Notes: generated from the sequence alone by a model not told the origin. Numbered from the whole stretch's first letter, positions 1 through 13,550 are shown. The stretch: 63,454 nt of DNA, filler included, from Cercozoa sp. M6MM (GCA_040357565.1; 7 parts of 7 records of this genome joined end to end with filler, not necessarily neighbours in it), one strand, 5' to 3'. Translations and numbers: made by a program.

Positions 1-310
1 CACACACACACAGCGACACGGAATTGAGACATACCGGATCGAGGTATGCTCGCAACACGAGGTTCTCCTTGTCTGTGTGTGACACTGCGACAATATGCGA
101 CGCGTCCGACAGCGAGAACTGAGGCAGCAGGTACACACACACACACACATACACACACACACATACACACACACACATACACACACACACATACACACGC
201 ACATAAATACACAACAAAAGGCATGCGGAGATAAGTACCTTCATCAGCTTGTTGAGATGGATCGCAGGTGCCGATGCAAAGCCTGCACGTGTTAATGTGT
301 TGTGTGTGTG

Positions 311-361
<51 letters not shown>

Positions 362-748
362 CAAAGAGAGAGTGGTCCGTGTAGATGACTCGGAGACCCA
401 TCGTACGCGCGTGCAGTATGGCCTCATGACCCTATCACAACGAGCATGTGTTGACAGACTAGAGTGTCAGTGCACGAACCATCGTGGAGGTTGCTTGGTG
501 TGCGTGAACGATGTCGATTTCTTCTCGCTGTAGCCGACACAAAGACATGTACGCACTCACACAGCGGGACATGTTTCCTGACATGAATAGCTGGGCTGTG
601 TTGGACTAAACTGGACGCACGATGAAGATGTCGCGCATCAACGGAAACATCGAAAACAACGTTGGGGCGACGACCTTTGATCAATGAAAAATTGGTATCT
701 ATATATATATATATATCCTTAGATAGATAGATAGATAGATAGATAGCG

Positions 749-789
<41 letters not shown>

Positions 790-1319
790 TGGATAGATAG
801 ATAGAGATAGAGAGATAGATAGATAGATAGATAGATAGCTAGATAGATAGATAGATAGATAGATAGAGAGGAAGGAAATGCAACGATATGAGGCACAACT
901 CACCTGATCCACCAGAGGCAACTGTGGACAGTAGTACACACTGCACACGAAGCAAGACCAACATCCAAACAAGGTCAAGGAACACAAGAAAAAACAAGTA
1001 CCGAAAGCCGTTGGTCATGTAGCGCACTCCTTGCCGCTTGCCGCCGAAGGTGCCGGTTATGGCGATCACCTTGTGCCCACGTGCGATCAGACACTGCGCA
1101 TGCACAGGAGTACTGAGCTTTCCGTCACAAAGCACCACAAATACCTGTGCCAAATAGTATTGGTGCATTTCTACACCACCCGTGCGCGGGTAGAAGAAGT
1201 CTGACACCTACCCAGAGCAAAAAAGCCACAATGTTCTCACTCACGTCTCACATGGGCAATGCGTAACAGTAACAGACCAAGGCAATATTGAGCTTGCGTT
1301 TCGCATGTTCTAGAGCCAT
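1..1319 (-). CDS. PIGA: GPI-GlcNAc transferase catalytic subunit (PIG-A/GPI3), spliced, 3' truncated by window start
   Basis: Spliced translation [14 protein letters not shown]|[21 protein letters not shown]|[29 protein letters not shown] matches the PIG-A N-terminus (SDFFYP..GGVE.H; RGHKV; GVRY.TNG); GT-AG introns. Confidence 0.93.
721..866. repeat. (GATA)n microsatellite in a PIG-A intron
   Basis: Direct reading. Confidence 0.95.
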
Positions 1320-1527
1320 GGTAGTGGTGACCAATAAACACACACGCTCTGACACACAGGTCTAACTATCTCTACAGTACACAATTATTTTTTTTTTAAA
1401 CTTGCCGCACCGATTTCGCAACTCGTCGATAAATTTACCAGTCGCCTTCTGCCTTGCGGCAAATCCGGAGTTTAGTACAAGTTGTATAAAACGCGGGCTA
1501 GCGAATCGAGCTGTTCATAGTTCTTCA

Positions 1528-4232
1528 TTACGAAAAGGTGCTTAGTAGTCGATGTAACATTGAAGGTCGCTTGTTCGTGTCCTGCGCGTTGGAGCGCGAG
1601 GAGGCGCGCGTGCGTCGCATAGCCTTGCTTAGTTCTTTAGGTCGCGCATTGCGCAACCGCAACAAGAACCGTAGTTTCGCCACGGCGCGTCGCGCAGCTC
1701 CGTCGTCACTGGCTTCAAATTGAGTCACCTGCCAATGTGTTGAGAACAACACTGAAAACGGCCCGCAGATCATGGTGGAAAGAGTACCACTAAGGATTGA
1801 TCGCCCTGTTCAGCATTGTCATTGTGCGTCGCTTCGCTGTCGCAAAACACAATTTGAAACTCGCGGGCCGAGACTCGTTCGACATCAATCACAGTTTCCC
1901 TATTTTACAAGTCGTATGGAGGAGTTCATTTCAATTGAAAGCCGAAGCTTGAAAGTAAATAGGGTATGCTTACAGAGGTCGGCATGACGTGACCTGGTTG
2001 GATTGTGGGCGCTTTGTAATGACAGCTTTCCCGTCAATGAGAAGCTCTCTTCGGCGGTCGGCTGCAATGCCCGGAAGCACTCGTGCCAAGCGACGTCGGC
2101 GCTTCTTGACGGCAAAGCTCTCCTGTGCCGCCGCACTTCGCGCTGTGAAACGGAACTCGCTGGTGTCCCGCAGTGGTCGCAGAGCTGCTGTATGCTGCAG
2201 TTCCGTCTGTTTGTTGTTGCACAAAAGTCAGTAACCACCACGATAAATTTTGCTAGACCTGCATACCAGCCCTACCGGTTGGAGTGGACGAGTGCCTTCA
2301 ACATCTTCAGTACTTTCTACCGTGCCTCTTGTCACTGATTTGGACCGTGAAGGCTGAGCACTACACAGATAAACCCTTGCATCGTGCACCGTGACAAAAC
2401 AACGCCAAATGCACAGTACAGAGCCAAATGTGAGGTAGTCTGCGAGACAAACGACGTCTGCGAGGCAAGCGAAGCTTCTTCTGCAAGCAACTCACCGGCG
2501 TCGCCTCGTTTAGCGCACAACAGCAACTGTGGCGACAGAAGCATGGACACAGGTGAGTCCAGCGCGAGTTGAACTTCGGCGTTCTCCTCAATGTTCTCGC
2601 CCTCTTCCTCGCCAATGCTCTCAGTGTCGCTCTCATTTTCGTTAGCATCGACATGTTCTGCCCCTCTTTTGACGTCGTAATAGAGCGTGCAAGTTCGCGG
2701 TGGCGCCTTCAACTCGCTGAACACGGCGGATAAAGGCGATTTGCGAGGCATTTTGAGAGGACACAGTGGACGGAGCTTGCCCAGGTAGTTGCGCACTTGT
2801 AGTGGGATCTCCTCTTCGTGCAGTTCTTTCGCGTGCGACAGGACAAGGCTGACAGTTGACTGCATGTGCTGTCCGAAGACACACGAAACTTCTGCTGCAC
2901 CGGGCAAGTCACGACCGCACTCATCCGATCTCCTGCTTTCGCTCAATATATTTAAGAACTCCTGCAGTTTCGAGATGGTGTCAATATTACCACAGAAAGA
3001 GAGGTGCCAGCGTCTCTGATAGCCCAAGCAATGGAAGCAATGATGTCAGTGGTCGAGCGCTGTCGCTGAGTCTCAGGTCATGAACACTGTTGTCGAACGC
3101 GACGTGTACTTGCAGAAGTAATCTTTTTTTATCAGTGCTACTACAAGGATGCAGTTTAATCAAAATACAGAAGCACATATGTATTATGTACGCTATTTCG
3201 TCGTCTCGTGGTGCAACTTGCACGTTCCGCGCGAGTGCTTGCGTGCGCGGCCGTATAACGAGTGCCGTGAAGTGTGCTTGTACAATGTCGCTTTTTTCGT
3301 CAAGCGGAGGAAAGTCTGGGTCGATGACAAGGGCACCTGAACGTGTGAAAGACAAGCGTACACGCACGCAATTTTAATTGCAGGCTTCGATGAGTACCCG
3401 ACTCGTCCTCGTCGGCGATACACAAATCGTACTGTTGGGCGGGGTGCTGTTCATGCGTTCGTTGTTCCCAGATTGCGCACGCGGTGTGCAGCAGTTGCCG
3501 CGCCGTCACCTTTCCGCGAATCGGAACGTTAACCGCAATTGTATGTTGACTTGGCAGCAACAACTGCAACTGCGTGATGCCGTTCTCGTCAGAGACGGCA
3601 CCTGTCATGTCAAATGCCGATTGCAAGCCTTCAAGGTGCACTTCGTCATCTTCGAGTTCGAATTCTTCGCCATGCGTTTCCGTGCGAGACAACGAGAGGG
3701 ATAAGTGTGAAGCAGTGGTCCCCACGCTGCCAGCTTCCGGGTCTGGGACACTGGTCAGTGCCTGTGGTAGCAACTCCGTTGCGCTGCTACGCGCCAATTC
3801 GCTTGTACTCCGGCGTTTGAGAATCTATGTTCAATTAAAGTCCCATACCACGATCGAATCTACGGAATAATATCGCACCTCTCGACGAAGGTCACCGCGT
3901 TCGCTTCGCCTTGTTGAGCGTCGTCTGCGCGCACTTGTGGCTGAAACGGGTGGGGATGTTGCCGGGCCGTTCAATCCTCCCGAAGACTGTGGCATGAGCG
4001 TCGGAGTAGAGCGCGTTAGGCGCATTTTTTCTCGTCGTCGAGCAGATAGCTCCCGCTCCTCACGTTGGCGCCTTCTTCTATAAGCGCACATCCACGGCAT
4101 TCCGTTTTGGTAACTAATATATTTACAGTACCTTTCCTTTCGCTCACGCTTCTTAGCAGAGGAACGGAGCGCAGCGAGATCGCGGGAGAAATCATCAGGC
4201 GAATCCATAAACAAGAGTTCGTCATCTCCCAT
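1528..4232 (-). CDS. SIN1: SIN1/Avo1-like TORC2 subunit (CRIM + C-terminal PH), spliced
   Basis: CRIM-like YDLCIADEDESG|ALVIDPDFPPLDEKSDI; C-terminal PH-like QFEASDDGAARRAVAKLRFLL; N-terminal LFMDSP resembles SIN1 AFLDNP. Joining of all exons into one gene is inferred. Confidence 0.72.
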
Positions 4233-4721
4233 CTTCTTTCAAACAAACCGGCGTACGGACACCGCACACAAACAACATCTGCGAAAATGATTGTACCCTC
4301 GCTGCCTGGTTGAAACAGTGCGGCAAGTGTGTCCTTTTGCCCGTATGTTTGCGTGTGTCTCACAATTGCGTCGACTGTAACGATTTGTGTTTTTGTGCCG
4401 TGGCCAGGTGGAAACTAATTTGACTAAAAGTCCGAACGCAAGACACGGACAGGCCTTTTCGACAAGTGCGTTTCCAGTTCCACGCTTTCTCGGTATGCGC
4501 CATTAAATAGCGATCGTCTTGATACAGCCCTTGTTAGTGAGCCTTCTCCGCCTAAGAACCACTTCCCGGCATCCGATCATTTATTTGAGTTTCACTCACT
4601 CAGCTTTCTAGTTTTGGATAGTTCGTGCGCTTGCCTCGCGCAGCTGTAGTATTTCCATTCACAACGCTCAGGTGTACCCTCAAGACTTCTTCTGCGCGTA
4701 TTTAGTGTACTAGTGAACGAG

Positions 4722-5497
4722 ATGGGGATGAGAAACCAGCGGGACGTCCACGTTCACGTCGACATGGGCGAAGACGCTTACGAGAGCGAGCAACTGAAGG
4801 CAGTTCAGCAAGAGATTGATCGCACGAAAGAGCAAATGGCCGACACGGTAGATGCCGCTCTTCACCGTAGTCGACGGCTCAGCCAAGTACCAATGAGCTT
4901 TGTTTTATGCGACGGCATTCATAATTATATTTATCGATATTGTTTTAGTTGCAAAAACGAGCAGCATCGCTGAGTGAAGACGCGGGCGAATACACGAAAA
5001 CGGCTCAGCGGACGCGTCGATTCTTCTTCTGGAAAAAGTTGCGTCAACATCTTGTGCTACTTTGCATAACGCTACTGGTACTGCATTTACGCATTCGTTG
5101 AGAGCGCACTCGGTGTGAGTTTCATAAGCGTGTTTATAGCTGCTGTCTGGTGTAACGGTGACAATCATGTACTTTGCCGGAGTGGTCGGCCACCGCGGCG
5201 ACATCGCGCCGCCATTGGCACCTGTTTCGAGCACAAGCACGGGGCCAGGTCCCGGGATAAGCACAGGAACAGACCCGAGAACAAGCGCAGGCACAGGCAC
5301 TCCCAAGGCGTCAAGCGCCCGGGCCGGAAAGAACAACCCACCTTCATCTTCTGCTTCACCGATTAGCCGACTCGGACTGGTATCGATAACGCTACTCTTA
5401 AATCGAAGTGAAAACTGACGGCAGAGTAAATTAACTCATCGTTTCTATCCCGGTTCTTGTGCAGATGACCCCTTGCAGGAAAGCTCCCGGAGCTTGA
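4722..5497 (+). CDS. R-SNARE (synaptobrevin/VAMP-like) with extended C-terminal tail, spliced; 3' end uncertain
   Basis: LKAVQQEIDRTKEQMADTVDAALHRSRRLSQ|LQKRAASLSEDAGEYTKTAQRTRRFFFWKK followed by a hydrophobic TM segment: synaptobrevin coiled coil with zero-layer R. Confidence 0.8.
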
Positions 5498-6275
5498 ACT
5501 CCAACCACCAGGTGGCTCTGAATTCTGCCTTTAACTAAATCAACCGCGTCGGACCCGACGGCCGGCGTGCAAAACTGCCTTGCCTGCGCGGAGTGAGTAT
5601 ATTTAAAGTCCGAGTACACATGTACGCATACTATGTCGTTTCATGTGTTCTCTTTGTTGTCCTTACTATGACGTATGAGTCATCGGCGTATCCGACACTG
5701 TGTGCAGTGGTTACTGCTCCTATAATTTTATAGTTACGGGGGTGTCGTTTCATGTGTTCTCCTGCTCTTTGCAGTTGTATGTGCATGTCATCGAGGAAGG
5801 TCTTTGCGAGTAGTGGGCTGCAGATGGCCCCTTGGGGAGTACTGCCGTTGACTTGTTTGTCTGTTGCGTAAAAGTGTAGTGTGCACTAAACACGACCAAA
5901 TAGAGCAACTTACGGCCAAATCAATTGGGGAAATCAACGAGATAATCCTTGGATAATTCCTTATTTTCAATTTTCTAAATCAGAGGCTAACAGATGTTTT
6001 ACGTATCTTTTCGCGCTCAGTTCTAATCTGGATGGATCTGGCCACGCGCTGAGCAGTTTCGATTTCGCGCAGATTTGTCTCAGCCTGACTCGCTCAGGCC
6101 GGTCTGGAGTACCGCAAACGAATCAAAGACGCTGTGCATCTTACGTTCAAGCTTGTGCACTTTGCACGGTGACCCGTCGGTTTTTAGAATAAACAGAGGT
6201 CTACAGAGTCCGGTCTGATTTGATTCTCGACTCCGAGTTGGGTTAGGCGCGGAACTGCAACATTGTGTACTCGTA

Positions 6276-7583
6276 CTAGTCGTCAATGTCCATGACATTT
6301 AAAGTGCTGCTGCCAGCATTTTCTTCCTGCTGCAGCTGCTGGTGTCGTTCGCGCAGTCGTCGCAGCTCGGCGTTCGAAGGCATGAAGCGTTTGCGCGCCA
6401 AGAAAAAGACAGCCACCAGCGAAGCGGTCTGCACGCTGCGCACACAAACCAGACACGTATGTATGTGCGTGCGGTGTTTCCGACAGAAAAAGGTGTGCTA
6501 CGCATCGTCACAGGCGCCCGCGAGTCGGTGCTCAAGCTCAGCAAGCTCCTGACAAACACAAACAATATTAGGACACTCGTATAATGTAATTAATCGCACC
6601 TCGAACAAAAAGATAGCCATATTGGACGGGAGATCGTGCTTTCGCACCTGTACAACACAGGAATATACGAGCACACAAATCCTGCTTAATCGGACAAGAT
6701 GGACCTCTTCGTGCAGCAGAGCGACCAAGTCGGCGAGCGCATAGCCCTGGATATGGTAACAATCAAAACAACAAAACATACTCGCTCCTTTGTGGTGTCA
6801 AGAAGCAGTCGGTCGCACCTTGTTACGCATGAGGTCAGTGAGGTAGGCAACGATGGGTGCCACGTCTGCAGACAGCATGAACCTGTCCCAGAGAGATTCG
6901 ACGTCGGCCGGGTACGGTGTGCCCGTGCACGTGTGGACCTGTGCATTGTTCAGACCATGTGCAATGTCTCCAAGCGCATGCGTGTGTTTAAAAAGCGAGC
7001 GTACCGCAACGGCGTCGACCTTGTAGCCACTTGCCATGGCCGTTGCTTGCAGGATGTTGCTTCACAAGACATGGAAATAAAGACTGTGTATTTGGAGGTA
7101 ATTTTGTGAGAAACAAGTTACACACATCGACGCATATCGCCACCAGCAACCCTTTGAATGGCTTCTCTTCCGTCCTACGGGCGAGGATGTACATACGGGC
7201 ACATCAAACGAGGAAGAGGGCTACCAACGTTAGTTCTACACCTTCGGCGCTGGCAATCTGACGCAGTCGTCTGCAGGGTACAGCAGAAGATGCAGCAGCT
7301 ATCAAACACACCTGGGGCACAGATAAGGTGGAAATAAAAGGTACGCAGCAATGTTCTTTTCGGGCAGCGGGGCGAACCGAAACTTTGTACAGCGACCTAC
7401 ATGGCAGAGACAGTTTCCTCACGGTGATTCTCTTCCATCAGCACAGCACACGAAACAGCGTACTTTGCAGGGCAGGAATGATGCGATTCACGTAGTTGCA
7501 AATAATGCAGAAGCGTGTCGTCTTCGTGCTCTCCTAAAGGAGCACCAACGTTACACACACACACACCACACTCACACACACAA

Positions 7584-7637
<54 letters not shown>

Positions 7638-8376
7638 ACACACACACACACATACACACACACACACACACCGCGTCGACAAGGCAAGCGAACAACGACA
7701 CACACCTCAATAATTCGCCGCAGTGCGAACTGAGCGTCACTCGTCATTGCATCAGCTTCGTCTAGAATGACCCACTTGAGCTGCTCCGTCTCTGTCTGCG
7801 CAGGGTCAAGGCAACCGAGTCAAAGCACCAAAAAGCAGCTGCACGCGCAGACAATCGCAGACCTGGAAGATCTGGCGCGTGCCAGTGAATTGTTTAATCT
7901 GCTTGCGAACAACGTCAATGCCACGATCATCGGAGGCATTTAGTTCGAGGCACCTGGAGTCTCAAACACACTCATCGACAGAGACATTCGGTGCCCAGGC
8001 GCAATGGTTCTGTTAAAGGGTACGTGCTACGCCAGCCGGCACCGTTGGTGAGACGCGCAATGGCCTGTCAAACCGACGACATTACATGTAGTGTGACATG
8101 AGTCTTTAAACAAGCTGTGCTACGTACCTGCATCGTGGAAGTCTTACCCGTACCAGCGGGGCCATAGAAGAGCAAGTGCGGCTACAAGAAATCCAGCAAT
8201 AAGAGCAGCTTCCAAAAAGCAGGTGATTTGTGTGTTCAACACACCAACCGCTTAGAATCTAGCAGGCGCTGGATGGTCGTGATGATATGTTCGTGCGACA
8301 CAACGTCATCGAGCGACTCGGGGCGGTACTTCTCAACCCACATTGTTGTCTCTCGACTCGTGTTGTTTGGCGCCAT
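6276..8376 (-). CDS. Replication factor C small subunit (RFC5/yeast Rfc3-like), spliced
   Basis: MWVEKYRP, PHLLFYGPAGTGKTST (Walker A), LELNASDDRGIDVVRKQIK, ILDEADAMT..AQFALRRIIE. Confidence 0.93.
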
Positions 8377-8587
8377 GTTTTGCTCTGCCGCGAATATACT
8401 TTTCAGTGGAGTCCGACTACAAACAGGTGCAGCACCTTGCAGCGCAGGCTGCTGTACTGTGCACGCTTTGGTTCAGAGCTGGCCGGCCGGCTTTAATTTA
8501 AAAAAAAAAAAGCACAAATGGACGAATGAGCCACAATCGTCTCCTGACAGGTTGCTTCGTGCTTAAAAGGAACTGTGCGGCGTCGAG

Positions 8588-9190
8588 ATGTCGCAAAAAG
8601 ATGCCCTTGTGGTGCTGCGTTCATTGCTGCGCGCGCAGCGAGCGGCCTTTGCGAACGATCCGTCCGCAAGGAGGAAGGTGCACGAGTACACGATGCAGCA
8701 GTTCCGTGCCGAGGCCAATGCCACTGGCGAGCATGCCGCCATGTGTTTACGGACTGCTGTGGAGGTTTGAACACTCGTCATTGTCTAAAACAATTAAATT
8801 GAAGTGTATCGGGACCAGGCTGCCCAAGTGCTCGAAAAGGAAGTGATGGCTTTGAGTCCGACAGAAAAGCAAGGCCACTTTGGTATTTTTCACGCAGGCG
8901 TACTGATTGGTGTCCTCATTGCATTGCTTTGTCTTACCTTAGAGCTCGAAGTTAGACCCGATCAGGTGATGGACTATGAAGAGGCTCAGGAAATGTATGA
9001 TGTTTTTGTCTCAATCTGTCTCTCGCGTGATACGTCGGTGTGACTGCCGAGCAGCTTTAACTCGGGTCGCGCCAACAACTGCTGCGGTGGCAAGGACCAT
9101 GATCACGACCACGGAACCGCGACATCTTTTGAGCCTGAGAAAGACAGGACGATTGCCACTGGTGCGGTGCATAGCTACACGCCGCAATAA
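8588..9190 (+). CDS. LYR-motif protein, MZM1/LYRM7-like complex III assembly factor, spliced
   Basis: ALVVLRSLLRAQRAAFAND...QQFR LYR-type N-terminus; C-terminal NNCCGG; three GT-AG introns give a continuous frame to TAA 9188-9190. Confidence 0.7.
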
Positions 9191-9220
9191 GTTTTATTAG
9201 TATGGTAGACAGATAAAGCC

Positions 9221-9630
9221 GTCAATTCTGTTACCGCAGCCCTTTCATAGGGGCCTTGGTAAATTGAGGGTACACTTTGTCCTGGGACGAGGAAGCAACT
9301 GTGAAGGACAACTAGCCTCCCAGCAGGCACTGGACCGAGAGGTCCCCGACATAGACTAGGCCACCACTCACAGCAGTGGTGGCCCTAAGTCTATGTCTGA
9401 TTGCTTGCTTCTTTATCGAGTGGAGAGACGGGAGGACGACGGCGGGACGACCCGACGCGGCCTGCGACGCCTCTACTTGTAGCCCGCTACCTGCACCAAC
9501 CATGAAGTCGACTTTGGTGTCTGGGGAACGTCAAAAGGGGAGTTGTATGGTCATGCTCTTGCGACCCACCCCAGACTGGTGCAGGGGATTTACATAGTTG
9601 GTTTCCTAGAAGACTCAACTAACTAACTAG
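9221..9630 (+). other. Unclassified structured non-coding element A (candidate ncRNA or non-autonomous mobile element)
   Basis: Fills the gap between convergent stop codons; long hairpins (9348-9397; 9490-9585), GGACC-GAGA-GGTCC GNRA hairpin 9332-9345; 5' motif shared with 15858-15908. Confidence 0.5.
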
Positions 9631-9631
9631 A

Positions 9632-11039
9632 TTAATGAAAGAACATGCGCCGACAGATGTCAGGGCCATGCTCGTCGTACATGGCCTTAGTCACACACAG
9701 TTGCGGAAACTCCGCGTCCGTCGCGAGACGCGCAGCGCCACGCCACACCGTCAACCTTGGACTAGAGTATCGCTCGGGTATTGTTGCGTCACACCCAAAG
9801 TAAATGAGAACGAAGAAAGCGTACTCTGTGTCCACATGTAAGCGAACGTCGACATGGCACGGTGCCAGCGCGCGCAACTCTGTATGCAGTCTCTCTTGGA
9901 ACCCTATAGCCAAGAAAAGTCAAACTATGTGCCAGTTTGAACAATACGCAAAGGCACATTTACCCGGGAAAAGCACGTTGCCACCGCACATGACAATGTT
10001 GCTCCACAGCACTGGACGAATTGCCTCGGGGCAGGCCTGTGTTGCCAATTGTACAATACACACATGCGCAGACATGCGGATGTACCTCGATTGACGCAGC
10101 TACTGCTTCGGCGACGCCGCTCTGCGTCAGCCCAACGTCGCTCGGTGCGAAAAGCAGCTCCGGTACCTGCGCTTGAATAGAGGTGTGTGTGCAAAGCAGC
10201 AGACATAGATATTCCCAGAACGCATACCGTGAAGCGTTCATTGTCTAACGGCAGCACCTGTAACTCGCCTGTTTTGAGCTCCTCTCTGTCACCAAGAGCG
10301 AAAATGGAAATGTGATACTTTAAATATATTGAAAGAACAAGCGATACCGGAACGGCGCAATCTGCTCTTCATCCCGAGGATTCACGAGTTGACCCTGTAC
10401 AGTCAACAAAATGACCAGAGGATACTCAGTTATGTGCTTGTCTCACCTGTATTCGTTTGACACCGTCGGGCATGACGTAGTCACGTGCATGATCGTGTCT
10501 ACGCTTTCTGCCCCCTGCCAGCGAGCAAGTCAGGCTTCTTACTCGCACTGTTTAAGAGGGCGACAAGCAGATACCCTTGCGCACCAGTTGCAGGTCACAC
10601 GTGAAGTCGCTCGAAACGAAACACGACTCACGCTTTATGTGGTCTGCATAAAGGAAGAAGGAATGACACATTCTTTTCATACTCGCATTCAGGGGTTATA
10701 CAACTGTACCACAGAGCAGGAATTCATCCCGCAAGGCCAGCTTGCTGAAACTGAGCTGCGCGCACCAAACCAGACACCTTGAGTGCATGCAACATTTGAC
10801 AGAACAAGAGTAGGGAGGTACTGTATCCTTCAAGAAGTTCGTGAGTAGCTTGCCACCTACACCATGTGCATAGCGCAGAATGTAGATGCTAGAAAATGCA
10901 AGGTGCGTCTACCAACGTTGACTCGGCGGATGGCTGAATCCACCGGCGAGCAGTTCCACAGCGGCACGGCGTGCGTGAACGAGAAGCCGCTGTCGAGTAC
11001 CACACCGGCTTGGTGTGCGAAAGGCTGTGCATGGACAGC

Positions 11040-11040
<1 letters not shown>
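9632..11040 (-). CDS. ARP6: Actin-related protein 6 (ARP6-like), spliced, 5' truncated at contig end
   Basis: VVLDSGFSFTHAVP, RRVNVGGKLLTNFLKD|LSFSKLALRDE, NERFTVPELLFAPSDVG, TVWRGAA, VTKAMYDEHG. Confidence 0.85.
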
Positions 11041-11087
<47 letters not shown>

Positions 11088-11187
11088 NNNNNNNNNNNNN
11101 NNNNNNNNNNNNNNNNNNNNNNNNNNNNNNNTTAATTAATTAANNNNNNNNNNNNNNNNNNNNNNNNNNNNNNNNNNNNNNNNNNNN
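11088..11187. other. Artificial contig spacer (N-run/TTAATTAATTAA/N-run); identical spacers at 19986-20085, 23188-23287, 26765-26864, 31843-31942, 60328-60427
   Basis: Identical 100-nt layout with stops in all six frames; genes are cut at each spacer. Confidence 0.98.
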
Positions 11188-13012
11188 GGGGGGGGTAAGA
11201 GCAACATGGGCAATACTGAGCAAAATACTGAGCAAAGGTGCGCGACACTGCGCCGACATATGTGCAAGCTCGAGTCTTCTTTCAGTGTCATCTATCCCAG
11301 TGGCGAGGAGGTAACAGAGGGTAACGGGGAGAGGGGGAACTGGGAGGTACGAGCCGGGTGCAGCTGGCTGTGGATAGCCTCGGGCGCGCGTCGGAAGTGG
11401 TAACGCGACTCGAGGAACCAGTTGACAAAGACGACGTTCTACATTACCCCACGTGGTCATCCATGTGATCATTCAAGTGGTCACTCACAGCGATCACTCA
11501 GGACCATCACACAAAGCGAATCAGAGAGTACCAGATCGTTCTGTCTGGCCTCGGCAACGACACTGTCGTCTCTGACGGCGACCACGTGCGTGTCTTCACC
11601 CGAGTCGTCGCCGCACCGTGCGCCTATCATTCACCCAGACACCCAGTCGCCCAGTCACCCAGTCGCCCAGCACCCAGGCATGTGTGAGGTACCAAGTGCA
11701 CGTGCCAAGCCGTGAAACGCCGCGTCGTTTCTGAAACCCGTAAACCGCAGCTTGGTTCCGTGCAGGACCTAGGATAAAGAAGTAACAAAGGTCCAAACAA
11801 GGCTGCAAGTGGTACCTGACGTCGCAAAAAGTCGAGTGCCTCAGGAGCAGTTTGTAAACCATTTGCTTGGCCGTACACTCTAAAAAGCAAGACAAGAAGG
11901 AATAGCAAGGGTCAAAACCAAGGCAGACAAATCTACAGGTCATGGACGGCCGTCAATACAGGCGTCAGTGACAATAGCACATCGTCTCGTACACCTGGGC
12001 ATCGGATGAGTCAGATGGAGCAAACAAAACAAACACACAAACAGCAGGGTGTACCAGTGCCATAGAGTGCACGCGGCGTCATTGACCACAGACGCTGTGC
12101 ATCCTTCTGCTGCAGCAGCGGCTCGGGCCAGTAGCGAAACTGCATGATCTGCAGCACCGACTGCGGAATGTCCCTACTCATCCAAAGCGTTTTTACTTCT
12201 GCCCCAATAACCTTAGAAGGGCGATGGGAGCGGTACCAGCACTCTTTTTTGTCATCGAGCACCAGCACGAGATCCGGCGACACTGGGAAGCATCGGTGCA
12301 GCCGCTTGTTCTCATAGTCGTCGGGAAAGTGATCGCGCGAGATGATGCGACGGAGTGGCGCAGTACCAAACCACTCGCCCTGTCAACATCTTTGTTTCGA
12401 CACTGCTGAAACGAACATGCCCAAAGTGCAACATACGCGAGGATCGATGTGCTCCAAAATGCACTGGGCGTATGCCGTGCTACCAGCCGTGTAGACGAAG
12501 CACACGTACCGACTATAACATCACCAGTTATCTGCATCCAGGCAGGCATAAGAAACAGTCGTGTACTCTTTGATTGCGTCGAGCAATGTGCGCAAATGCG
12601 GCCGCACGCGAATTACTGTTTGTTTCGATGGCTGCTGGAACACGAAGCACTCTTCTCTGCGCACACCCACTTTCTTGTTGCCACACCCACTTTCACAAAT
12701 ACAAACAAACCGGTTGCGTAACTCCGGCAAGTAGCGAGCATGCAGGTCAGTTGAATGCAGAATCGTGTGATCCTAAGCTCATATCAAACTCTTTCAAAAC
12801 GTGTGCGTTTTCGATTATTATAGCAATGGGTACCAAATCAAACACCAATGCTAACCGGCGCGCTTTTTTAAGGGAATTGGTGTGCCGAGTCACGACATCG
12901 GCCGACCAACGCTCGCGCAGCTCATCCTACGAACAGGCTCTATTGTATTTTCACCAGCAGAACATTGGAAAACAAATGAAGATACCACCGAGGCGCCCTG
13001 CAGGTCTGCCAT
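11188..13012 (-). CDS. FCP1/CTDP1-like RNA pol II CTD phosphatase with BRCT domain, spliced, probably 3' truncated
   Basis: LALVFDL|DHTILHST (DLDxT motif split by an intron), VRPHLRTLL, RIIARD, VLVLDD; BRCT-like VLHGTKLRFTGF...THVV...VVFVNWFLES. Confidence 0.85.
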
Positions 13013-13167
13013 GCCACTCAAATTAGCCTGCCAATGGATATACCACACCGGCGCACACTATTAATCCCAGAAGTGAGCAGGCGCACAGCAGCTAAAATAA
13101 TGAAATTGATATCAGCTCTCAAAAGGCTAGATAAAGGTCCTAGTAGCGCGAGTGGTTTTGTTTTGAC

Positions 13168-13519
13168 ATGAAGGTCATAGTGCTATTGTTTGGCCCTCCG
13201 GGTGGTACAGCGACTCTGAGATGAAATCAAGTGATACAACGTGTTCTCAACAGGCGGCAAGTCAACAATCGTCAGTGCGCTGCGTGAGTTGCATGAAGCA
13301 GTATTGGCGCTAGACGTCGATGATCTTATTGACCCAACGCTGTCCGAGAGTGACAAAGACGGTATCGGTGACGAGTGGGCTCATGCACGAGCACAGCTTG
13401 AGCAGGACCTGCTTTCACGAATCGAGACGGACAGTGATGATGCTGCGATCGTCGTGGTTGAGGATGCGCATCTGTGCCACAAAAGTGCACAACGTCGGTT
13501 CGTGCTGTCTTTGTGTGTG

Positions 13520-13550
<31 letters not shown>

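Noticed and set aside
5636-5762. 19-nt direct repeat TGTCGTTTCATGTGTTCTC
   Set aside because: Two copies only, probably within a 3' UTR intron; no element structure.
11088-11187. Recurrent TTAATTAATTAA palindrome flanked by Ns
   Set aside because: Artificial contig-joining spacer; gene neighbourhoods across these spacers are not real synteny.
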